Positions 1 to 8,129 of a DNA stretch of 64,000 nt are shown in pieces. The DNA is taken from positions 6,696-70,695 of the forward strand of contig CATOTB010000006.1 in the NCBI GenBank assembly GCA_951812945.1, in the 5' to 3' direction. The DNA comes from Candidatus Dadabacteria bacterium. Lineage in GTDB: Bacteria > Desulfobacterota_D > UBA1144 > Nemesobacterales > Nemesobacteraceae. Numbering within the stretch: position 1 is the stretch's first letter; each line of letters opens with the position of its first letter. The translations under genes were made by a program, and so were the position numbers. The notes beneath the pieces are model-generated. The model was not told the origin of the DNA, did no database searches, and worked only from the letters and a program-made list of their open reading frames with translations.

Positions 1-339
1 CGCCGTGGTCGCGAAGAGTGCCTCGCTATCCGTCTTCATCGTGGCCGCAATGGTTGCCATCACGAGCACAAGCACGGGAGACAGCCCTGCGATGGCGCCG
101 CGGTACCCGCCGGCAAGAGCGATGAGCAAGCACGCGGCGAAGTTTCCGAACAGCACCAGGCCCACGCCTTGGGAAGAATACGGGGCCAGCGCTCCGGAGA
201 ATATGAAGGTTCCGAAGGCCACCTGAGCGACCAGCAAACCGAGACCCGAGGTGATCCCGGCCGACAGTGCCGGAAGCGGAAGCGAAAACGGGATCTTGGT
301 ACGAAGCCCCCCGGCAGGATGTTTGGGAGACGATTTCAC
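1..339 (-). CDS. SulP-family inorganic anion transporter, N-terminal part (runs off the window start)
   Basis: Manual translation from GTG 339: MKSSPKHPAGGLRTKIPFSLPLPALSAGITSGLGLLVAQVAFGTFIFSGALAPYSSQGVGLVLFGNFAACLLIALAGGYRGAIAGLSPVLVLVMATIAA. Hydrophobic helices and the 'F..IFSG.L..Y...G.GL.LFG' pattern resemble SulP N-termini. Open to base 1; absent from the ORF track. Confidence 0.7.
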   Translation of the reverse strand, partial: MKSSPKHPAGGLRTKIPFSLPLPALSAGITSGLGLLVAQVAFGTFIFSGALAPYSSQGVGLVLFGNFAACLLIALAGGYRGAIAGLSPVLVLVMATIAATMKTDSEALFATTA

Positions 340-563
340 TTTGTGAGCCTCTCGCCCTGATAGTGCCAAGGGCTGTCGTTGCGGTCCTGCGGTTTGTCCC
401 GGTTCGCCGCCGGCACCGAGACGTAGCGGTACTCGGCGTCATCGAGCTGCACGGCAGACCAGTCGGCATCGCCCGCGTGGCGAAAGGCGCTTTTGCGTGT
501 GCCTCCGTATCCCAGGCCCGTATTGTCAAAACATTTTTCTTTGCCTGAAATTGTTTTCTCCAT
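336..563 (-). CDS. hypothetical protein (75 aa), possibly a gene remnant
   Basis: Its TGA overlaps the SulP GTG (GTGA). No recognisable motif. Confidence 0.3.
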   Translation of the reverse strand: MEKTISGKEKCFDNTGLGYGGTRKSAFRHAGDADWSAVQLDDAEYRYVSVPAANRDKPQDRNDSPWHYQGERLTK

Positions 564-693
564 CTATCATGCCTGCTTTGGCAAAAACTAAGAGTTTTAA
601 TTCGAAACGCGTTGCCCCGCTTTACTGACGGCTTTGCGAGCTGTCCGACAATAATAGTTCACTACTAATATAACATTTAGGATCTGACTTAAA

Positions 694-722
694 TTGCTTT
701 ACTAAGCCGTTTTTAGTAAACT
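694..722 (+). promoter_or_regulatory. putative sigma70 promoter overlapped by a palindromic operator
   Basis: TTGCTT(694-699)-17 nt-TAAACT(717-722), with inverted repeat TTTACTAA-N7-TTAGTAAA at 698-720. Confidence 0.45.
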
Positions 723-757
723 ATACTCCCTTTATAGAATAATCCGGTGGGTGGCTA

Positions 758-1135
758 ATGAAATCTACGCGAATAAAAATAAGCATAAGTCAAGACGGAT
801 CGCTTTCCAAAGAATCCGTCGATACTGTTGATTTTCAGTTTCCGGTCATTCCGAGAAAGCTTCTCAAGTCCATGGGGTTTGAAAAAGTAGATGATACGAC
901 TTATGTGGGTATCGTGTCCGTTTTTCTGAATCTTCTGGACAAGGAGCAGGAAATAGAATTTGAACTCGGGGTGGAGGCTTCCGACGCGAGAAAGAAAATC
1001 CTGGATCTTTTCGCTAAAGGTTTTCGAAGCATGAGCGGAGGCGAGATCCCCAGCGATAAGAAAAAAGCGAAACCCGCCCCGAAAACAAGAAAACCCAGGG
1101 CAAGGAAGGTTGCCGCCACAAAGAAGGCTGGCTAG
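758..1135 (+). CDS. hypothetical protein with Lys/Arg/Ala-rich C-terminal tail
   Basis: 125-aa ORF ending 5 nt before guaB; tail [25 protein letters not shown]. Confidence 0.7.
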   Translation: MKSTRIKISISQDGSLSKESVDTVDFQFPVIPRKLLKSMGFEKVDDTTYVGIVSVFLNLLDKEQEIEFELGVEASDARKKILDLFAKGFRSMSGGEIPSDKKKAKPAPKTRKPRARKVAATKKAG

Positions 1136-1140
1136 CTGCT

Positions 1141-2613
1141 ATGCAGGATTTTGTTTTTGAAGAAGCGCTTACCTTTGATGACGTAATACTCTCTCCCCGC
1201 TACTCCGAAGTTCTTCCGAGTGAAGTTGATGTCTCGGTGCCCCTTACAAAGCATATAACCCTTAATATCCCCATACTGAGTGCGGCCATGGATACCGTAA
1301 CCGAGTTTCGGACATCAATTGCCATGGCGCAAGAGGGTGGTATAGGAATAATCCACAGAAATCTCTCTATCCCGGCACAGGCGGGCGAGGTTGAGAGGGT
1401 AAAAAAATACGAAAGCGGGATGATAGTGAATCCCCTGACCGTGCGTCCGGGGACCCGGGTCAGCGAAGCGCTTGAGATAATGGTTGAAAACGACATCTCC
1501 GGTCTTCCCGTTGTAAAGCCCAACAATACCCTTCACGGAATAATCACCAACAGGGACATAAGATTCGAAAAGAACATGGACCTTAAAATCGACAAGGTTA
1601 TGACTCCCAGAAAGAATCTTGTCACCGTCAAGGAAGGCACCACTCTTCTTGAAGCCAAGGAGCTTCTTCATAAGTTCAAGATAGAAAAGCTTCCGGTTGT
1701 CGATGACAGCTTCAAGCTCCGAGGCCTTATAACCATGAAGGACATAGAGAAAATAGAGAAATTCCCCAAGGCGTCTAAAGATGCGATGGGAAGGCTTCTC
1801 GTGGGAGCCGCAGTCGGAGTTGACAAGCACAGCCAGGAGCGGGTGGATGAGCTTGTTGCGGCGGGCTGTGACGTAATAGTGGTGGATACCGCCCACGGAC
1901 ATTCGAAAAGGGTGCTAGACAGCTTAGCCCGCATAAGAAAGAAATACCCCGATATAGATCTGGTGGCCGGAAACATAGCCACCTCCGAAGCCGCCGAGGA
2001 TCTTATAAAAGCAGGTGCGGATTGTCTTAAGGTCGGCGTCGGTCCCGGATCGATATGCACGACACGCGTGATAGCCGGTATAGGTGTGCCGCAGATAACC
2101 GCCATAAGAAAGGTCTGTTCCGTAGCGAAACAACATGACATACCCGTAATAGCCGACGGGGGAATAAAGTACTCGGGGGATATAACCAAGGCGCTTGCCG
2201 CCGGAGCGGATTCCGTAATGGTAGGAAATCTGCTCGCCGGGTCGGATGAAGCTCCCGGGGAAGTCGTTCTCTACCAGGGGAGAACTTACAAGGTGTACCG
2301 TGGCATGGGTTCTATTGAAGCAATGAGGGCTGGGAGCAGGGACCGCTACGCCCAGGACAATGAGATGATGGAGGAGGCTAAGCTTGTTCCCGAAGGGATA
2401 GAGGGCAGGGTTCCTTACAGGGGCAACATAGGGGCCATAATCTACCAATTGGTCGGCGGGCTTCGTGCGGGAATGGGATACACGGGTTCTGCGACGATAA
2501 AGGAACTTCAGGAAAAGGCGAAGTTCGTAAAGCTTACCAACGCCGGGCTTCAGGAAAGTCACGTTCACGATATCGTAATTACCAAGGAATCTCCCAACTA
2601 CAGGATCGGGTGA
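1141..2613 (+). CDS. guaB: IMP dehydrogenase
   Basis: [18 protein letters not shown] pair, catalytic [22 protein letters not shown]. Confidence 0.98.
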   Translation: MQDFVFEEALTFDDVILSPRYSEVLPSEVDVSVPLTKHITLNIPILSAAMDTVTEFRTSIAMAQEGGIGIIHRNLSIPAQAGEVERVKKYESGMIVNPLTVRPGTRVSEALEIMVENDISGLPVVKPNNTLHGIITNRDIRFEKNMDLKIDKVMTPRKNLVTVKEGTTLLEAKELLHKFKIEKLPVVDDSFKLRGLITMKDIEKIEKFPKASKDAMGRLLVGAAVGVDKHSQERVDELVAAGCDVIVVDTAHGHSKRVLDSLARIRKKYPDIDLVAGNIATSEAAEDLIKAGADCLKVGVGPGSICTTRVIAGIGVPQITAIRKVCSVAKQHDIPVIADGGIKYSGDITKALAAGADSVMVGNLLAGSDEAPGEVVLYQGRTYKVYRGMGSIEAMRAGSRDRYAQDNEMMEEAKLVPEGIEGRVPYRGNIGAIIYQLVGGLRAGMGYTGSATIKELQEKAKFVKLTNAGLQESHVHDIVITKESPNYRIG

Positions 2614-2709
2614 TAACGGTTTTCTTGTCTCATAAAGTCAGCCTCAAAAAGATCGGTTTACCCTTCAGGGTTCTTCGAATTTCACCGCAACGGGAGAGAC
2701 GGCCATAAA

Positions 2710-4242
2710 ATGCGGGAAAAAGTTCTAGTTCTTGATTTCGGTTCCCAGTATACGCAACTGATCGCCAGGCGCACGAGAGAACTCGGGGTCTACTCCGAGA
2801 TAAAACCCTACAACACTACAGCGGATGAAATAAGCAAAGAGCCGCCAGGGGCGATAATACTTTCCGGAGGGCCCTCAAGCGTCTGGGAGGACGGTTCTCC
2901 AAGAGTGGAAGGGGAAATACTGTCTTTGGGAATACCGGTTCTGGGTATCTGTTACGGGCTTCAGGTGCTTGTTTTTCAGCTCGGGGGAGAAGTTGAGCAC
3001 TCTCGGAAAAGGGAATACGGTCCAGCAGATTTAAACTTGCTGACGGAGGATCCGCTTTTCTCCGGCGTGGCGAAGACTTCGGGCGTCTGGATGTCTCACG
3101 GCGACAGGGTCTTGAGAGTGCCGGAGGGATTCGCGGCGATAGCCGATACCGAGAACACTGAGTGCGCGGCGGTGAGAAACGCAAGCGGAAGCATCTACGG
3201 GGTACAGTTCCACCCGGAAGTCGTGCATACGGAATTCGGAACCCGGATACTTTCCAATTTTCTTTTCCAGGTGGCGGGTCTCGGCGGAAACTGGACTGCA
3301 GGATCCTTCATAGAGCATTCGATACACGAGATAAGAGAAAGAGTCGGGGACGGCAAGATCATATGCGGGCTCTCGGGAGGAGTAGACTCCTCGGTTGCGG
3401 CAGCCCTTATTAACGAAGCGGTGGGCCGCAGGCTTCACTGTATTTTTGTTGACACGGGGTGTATGAGGCTTGATGAGGCGGAGGAGGTCTGCGACGCTTT
3501 TTCTGGGTTTGAGATGAACTTCATCCACGTCGATGCCTCTGAGAGGTTCCTCTCTTGTCTTGAGGGCGTTGAGGACCCAGAGACGAAAAGAAAGATGATG
3601 GGCGAGCAGTTCGTGAGGGTGTTTGAAGAGGAGGCCGAGAAGATATCAGGTGTCCGTTTTCTTGCCCAGGGAACCCTCTATCCTGACGTGATCGAGAGCG
3701 TGAGCGTAAAGGGACCTTCGGCCGTGATAAAGTCCCACCATAACGTCGGGGGACTTCCGGAAAAAATGAATCTTGAGATAGTCGAACCTCTTCGGGAACT
3801 TTTTAAAGACGAGGTGAGAAGTGTTGGAGAGAAACTGGGGCTTCCTTCCTCTCTCATAGGCCGCCACCCCTTTCCCGGTCCCGGTCTTGCGATCAGGATA
3901 ATGGGAGAAGTCACGCGCGAGAGACTTTCCATACTTAGACATGCCGACAGCATTTTTATCGACGAGCTTAAAAAATCGGGCGCCTACGATGAGATATGGC
4001 AGGCTTTCTGCGTTTTTATCCCCGTGAAAACAGTGGGAGTTATGGGTGATGAGCGAACCTATGAAAACGTCTGTGCGCTGAGAGCCGTGAGCAGTACGGA
4101 CGGCATGACCGCTGACTGGTCGAAGATGTCCTATGATCTGCTCGGGAAAATTTCGGTAAGGATAATAAACGAGGTAAAGGGGATAAACCGGGTGGTGTAC
4201 GATATATCCACAAAGCCTCCCGGCACCATAGAGTGGCAGTGA
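2710..4242 (+). CDS. guaA: GMP synthase (glutamine-hydrolysing)
   Basis: [55 protein letters not shown]. Confidence 0.98.
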   Translation: MREKVLVLDFGSQYTQLIARRTRELGVYSEIKPYNTTADEISKEPPGAIILSGGPSSVWEDGSPRVEGEILSLGIPVLGICYGLQVLVFQLGGEVEHSRKREYGPADLNLLTEDPLFSGVAKTSGVWMSHGDRVLRVPEGFAAIADTENTECAAVRNASGSIYGVQFHPEVVHTEFGTRILSNFLFQVAGLGGNWTAGSFIEHSIHEIRERVGDGKIICGLSGGVDSSVAAALINEAVGRRLHCIFVDTGCMRLDEAEEVCDAFSGFEMNFIHVDASERFLSCLEGVEDPETKRKMMGEQFVRVFEEEAEKISGVRFLAQGTLYPDVIESVSVKGPSAVIKSHHNVGGLPEKMNLEIVEPLRELFKDEVRSVGEKLGLPSSLIGRHPFPGPGLAIRIMGEVTRERLSILRHADSIFIDELKKSGAYDEIWQAFCVFIPVKTVGVMGDERTYENVCALRAVSSTDGMTADWSKMSYDLLGKISVRIINEVKGINRVVYDISTKPPGTIEWQ

Positions 4243-4245
4243 AGT

Positions 4246-4458
4246 TCAGCTGACTCTCTTTTTGAATATGGCGAATTCACCCGTAATGGTGGCAAGTTCC
4301 CAGCCTTCTTCGCCAAGCGAGACCAAAGAATCTTCAAGGCTTCCCCTGCTGCTTTCCCTTCGCGAATCAGCCTCTTCCTTGTAGACGGCTATATCATGGT
4401 CCTGAGGCCTTTTAACGAGCACGTCGGTTGAGACTACCTTGTATTCCCAGCGTTGCAT
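4246..4458 (-). CDS. DUF4177-like small protein
   Basis: MQRWEYKVV...LGEEGWEL signature; TAATG overlap with the upstream ORF. Confidence 0.75.
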   Translation of the reverse strand: MQRWEYKVVSTDVLVKRPQDHDIAVYKEEADSRRESSRGSLEDSLVSLGEEGWELATITGEFAIFKKRVS

Positions 4459-4631
4459 TACTCTTCTTGCTCTCCGGTTTCCTCTTCTTCGTCTACGATA
4501 AGGAACGTTGCCTTATCACTTACGTCAGGCAGGGATTTTATGTGTTTTTCGTAATTCTTCTGCGTGGTCAGGCCTTCCTTTATATATCTCTTGTAGACCC
4601 TCACATCAAAAAATTCTTCATTATCCTGCAT
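4458..4631 (-). CDS. small hypothetical protein (57 aa, acidic tail)
   Basis: ATG 4631 preceded by GGAGG; FDVRV..RYIKEG......YEKHIKSLPDVSDK; coupled to the next gene. Confidence 0.7.
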   Translation of the reverse strand: MQDNEEFFDVRVYKRYIKEGLTTQKNYEKHIKSLPDVSDKATFLIVDEEEETGEQEE

Positions 4632-4704
4632 TATCCATCCTCCCAAAAAAGAAAATTGTAACCACGGGCAAGTTTTTTTCAAAGGCAAGGACTTTCGGCG
4701 GGTA

Positions 4705-5631
4705 TTAACCTCTTCCCTGCAAAAACCAGTTCCATGTTCTGAAAAGCCCTTCGCGCAAAGCTATCTGCGCACTCCATCCGAGATTCTCTGCCGCCAGTGA
4801 GCAGTCAAGACTTATTCTTCTTACCTCCCCGGGGCGCTCTTTTTCATGGACGGTTTCAAATCCGATTTTTGTTACTTCCCCGAGAATGCGCGCTATGTCG
4901 TTTACGGAGCTTTCAACTGAAGTTCCTATGTTGAAAGTGCCTTCTTCTTTTAGACTGGCGGCTAGCAGGTTCGCCCGGGAGACGTCAGAGACGTGCACGT
5001 AATCCCTCGTTTGTTCTCCGTCTCCGAATATGAGGCAGGTCTTTCCTTTGATTATGTTCTCGCAGAAAATCCCTATCACTCCGGCTTCTCCCTCGGGGTT
5101 CTGTCTTTCTCCGTACACGTTTGCGTATCTTAGAATCACGTGTCCGAAACCGTGGTTCTTCGAGTGATACCTTACGTAATTTTCCGTGGCGAGCTTCGAG
5201 ATGCCATATGGGGAGAGGGGAAGGGCTGGGGTAGACTCGTCTGCGGGAAGTTTGTCCGGTTCGCCGTAAAGGGCGCCTCCGGTGGATGAGAAAATAAACT
5301 TCTCGGTTCTGTATTCTGCGCAGAGTCTTAGAACGTTAAGGGAACCGCCTATGTTAACATCGGCGTCAAAACTAGGATCTTCAACTGAATCTCTTACGTT
5401 TATCTGCGCTGCGTGGTGGTTGACAACCTCGGGGCGGAACTGACGAAACGCTTTTTCGAGTTCAATGAAATCCCTTACGTCGCACTCAATGAATTCAGCT
5501 TCGGGCGGGATGTTATCTTCAGATCCCGTGGAGAGGTTGTCGATCACGAGAACCTCATGGCCCTCGGAAATATACGCTTCGCATACCCAAGAGCCTATGA
5601 AACCCGCTCCGCCTGTGACTATTATTCTCAC
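4705..5631 (-). CDS. NAD-dependent epimerase/dehydratase (GalE-like)
   Basis: VTGGAGFIGS Rossmann motif, YGISK (YxxxK), RYANVYG, QTRDYVHV. Start set at GTG 5631. Confidence 0.92.
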   Translation of the reverse strand: MRIIVTGGAGFIGSWVCEAYISEGHEVLVIDNLSTGSEDNIPPEAEFIECDVRDFIELEKAFRQFRPEVVNHHAAQINVRDSVEDPSFDADVNIGGSLNVLRLCAEYRTEKFIFSSTGGALYGEPDKLPADESTPALPLSPYGISKLATENYVRYHSKNHGFGHVILRYANVYGERQNPEGEAGVIGIFCENIIKGKTCLIFGDGEQTRDYVHVSDVSRANLLAASLKEEGTFNIGTSVESSVNDIARILGEVTKIGFETVHEKERPGEVRRISLDCSLAAENLGWSAQIALREGLFRTWNWFLQGRG

Positions 5632-5734
5632 TTTTTCTCCTTCCGGACGCGGTGAAATAATAGTTTTCCTCTGGGATTTTGTCAAAAAGCGGGCTCGATA
5701 CGAGCCCTGGGTTAGTTTAAATCATTCGGCGGAC

Positions 5735-5779
5735 AAAAAAACGGGCATGCAGGGTTTGTTGTTAACCTGATGCCCGTTT
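5735..5779 (-). terminator. rho-independent terminator of the lipoprotein gene
   Basis: Minus strand: AAACGGGCATCAGG...CCTGCATGCCCG followed by T7. Confidence 0.7.
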
Positions 5780-5813
5780 CTGAATTATGCTCCGGTGTTT
5801 CGTTACATCTCCA

Positions 5814-6548
5814 TTATTGTGGACGTTTCATGGGAGACAGCACGCCGTCAGCATCCAAGAGATCATGACAATTCCTAAGAGAACCGTCAGCGTCTGTCAG
5901 ATATTTTTCCAATGCGGAATGCACATTGTCTCCACCCATTTCACCACAGTCGCCCTCTCCTATGTCCTCTAACTCAGGAGTCCCATCTGGTACCATCACA
6001 TATGGACAAATTACCACAGGTTGGTAGTCTGTGGCGTCATCGGCGCGACGGTAAGCATAGCCAGCCCAGTAACCGGTATATATCGTGTCTGCCTCGATAT
6101 CATCGTCGGTTTTTGCGACAAGAAAATATGCTCCAGGCCTGTCAAAAGTTCCATCCGTATCACTTACGTAATAGGTTGAAATAGTTTCGGCATTCGTATC
6201 GCTTTCGTCTACCTTTACTCCTACCTGTACAAAAGTTGCAGTTCCGAAAGCAACACCACTTGCGGTGACCCTGACGTTCGGTTCACTGAGATTTCCGGCT
6301 TCTTGCTCGCGCAGGTCGACCTCTTCATTTGTACAATCTACTGTACCGTCTGCATTAACGCTGCTATAGAATCCTCTCATCTTTACCGGTTCCACCTGCG
6401 TTTCATCATCGTCATCCCAAAACTCAAGATCACAAGAAGAAAGTGCTAGCAACCCGGTAAGGCAGAACGCCACCGAAAGAGCAAGTATTCCAAAACCGCG
6501 TAACCCTCTGATACGGCGCCACGCGGGATTATTGTATGATTTCTCCAT
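5814..6548 (-). CDS. hypothetical acidic lipoprotein
   Basis: AGGAGG RBS; hydrophobic signal with lipobox-like LSSC; Asp-rich mature part with 4 further Cys. Confidence 0.75.
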   Translation of the reverse strand: MEKSYNNPAWRRIRGLRGFGILALSVAFCLTGLLALSSCDLEFWDDDDETQVEPVKMRGFYSSVNADGTVDCTNEEVDLREQEAGNLSEPNVRVTASGVAFGTATFVQVGVKVDESDTNAETISTYYVSDTDGTFDRPGAYFLVAKTDDDIEADTIYTGYWAGYAYRRADDATDYQPVVICPYVMVPDGTPELEDIGEGDCGEMGGDNVHSALEKYLTDADGSLRNCHDLLDADGVLSPMKRPQ

Positions 6549-6984
6549 CTCTTAAAACCTCCTTTTATTATAGTGCTTTTAGAATTCTGACATGACCAGA
6601 TTCCTCTCTCCCATTATCAAAGAATCCAGTTCCTCAGTTTACTTTTCAATTTAATAATAGCCCGTCGTTATTGTCAAGAACATTGGCAATCAAATTTAAA
6701 AAATAATTTCAGGGTGATAGGAAACGGTCCTTCCTAATAAAGTTCTGCCGGACCGGGGAAGAATCCTTTGAAGTGAAGTAGGGTTTTTAACCATGTCCTG
6801 TTTCCATGAATTTGAGGTAAAAAAGGGTATCAGCTTAGAGGGGAGCGCTTCGGTTTATCCTGTTTTTAAGTTATACTCCCCCCGAAACCGGTTTTTCTCC
6901 GTCGGAATAAAGGCATCTATCGTTCCAGAAATTCTTGAGCCTTTCATCAAATGGCCAGATCGTAAAAACCGGGCTTGATTCGCT

Positions 6985-7761
6985 ATGCTTCTCGCAATTG
7001 ACGTCGGCAACACCAGCATAATGGTCGGAATATTTTCAGGAGAGGACCTCGTACACAGTTTCAGGGTCGATACTGACAGAACCAAAAGCCCTGACGATTA
7101 CGGGATTATCCTCTTCGGGAAAATGGACGAGAAAGACATATCTCCCTCTTCGTTCAGTGGAGCCATACTCTCCTGCGTGGTTACCGAAATGCAGGAGGGG
7201 GTGGCTAAACTGGTAGAGAAATATTTCGGCCATCAACCTATAATCGTGGGTCCGGAGACAAGAACGGGAATGCCGACCCGGATTTATAATCCCGAAGAAC
7301 TCGGAGCTGACAGGATAGCAAACGCCGTTTCGGCTTACCACCGCTTCGGTGGAAGTGTTATAGTGGTCGATCTCGGGACGGCAACTACTTTTGACTGTGT
7401 TTCCGAAAAAGGAGAATATCTGGGCGGAGCTATAGTTCCGGGGATCGAGCTTTCCACAGTCGCGCTTTACCATGGAACCTCCAAGCTTCCGAAAGTCGAT
7501 CCCGAAAAACCCGAGCAGGCAATCGGCAAAGACACCGTCGAGTGCATACAGTCAGGGCTGTTTTACGGTTACGCCTCGATGATTGACGGGCTTTGCGCAA
7601 AGCTCAAGGAGGAGATGAGATCTTCACCCGAGATCGTAATCACAGGAGGTTTCGCCGACTCGATATCTGAGGAGTGCACCTGCGCGACACGGGTTGACAA
7701 GGATCTTGCTCTCCACGGCCTGAGACTTCTCTATGAACTCAACTCTCAGATACTCTGTTAG
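6985..7761 (+). CDS. coaX: type III pantothenate kinase
   Basis: LAIDVGNT, LGADRIAN, VVDLGTATTFD, GGAIVPG, ITGG. Confidence 0.96.
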   Translation: MLLAIDVGNTSIMVGIFSGEDLVHSFRVDTDRTKSPDDYGIILFGKMDEKDISPSSFSGAILSCVVTEMQEGVAKLVEKYFGHQPIIVGPETRTGMPTRIYNPEELGADRIANAVSAYHRFGGSVIVVDLGTATTFDCVSEKGEYLGGAIVPGIELSTVALYHGTSKLPKVDPEKPEQAIGKDTVECIQSGLFYGYASMIDGLCAKLKEEMRSSPEIVITGGFADSISEECTCATRVDKDLALHGLRLLYELNSQILC

Positions 7762-8129
7762 GAAAATAGTCTCGGAAACCACCTGTTTCGTACTTTCTCT
7801 TGAATTCACGGACGGCCGTCGCCACTGGGTTTTTCCAAACGCCGGATGGATGGATAAAAGGCAGAAGGCTATCGGGATCGAGTTTGAAGAAATCGACCTG
7901 TGGGCTTTTCTCCGCGGACAGTCCCACTCGGCTAAAGCCGATTTTTCTGTTTCCGGGAGGTACGTTTCGGGGCGTGAAGGCTCCTCCAAGCTCTCTTTTT
8001 GTCTCGATGATTCGTTATTTCTCCAGGGGAATTACGTTTTACTTTCTCCAAGCTGGGGGCGTCACTCAAAAAGAAAGATGTGGCTTCTAATCCCCGCTTC
8101 GGGGAGGGAGCGCGGTCGGCAGTAACGGA

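Noticed and set aside
7733-8125. 130-aa ORF after coaX
   Set aside because: Overlaps the coaX end, has no RBS or recognisable motif; not called as a gene.
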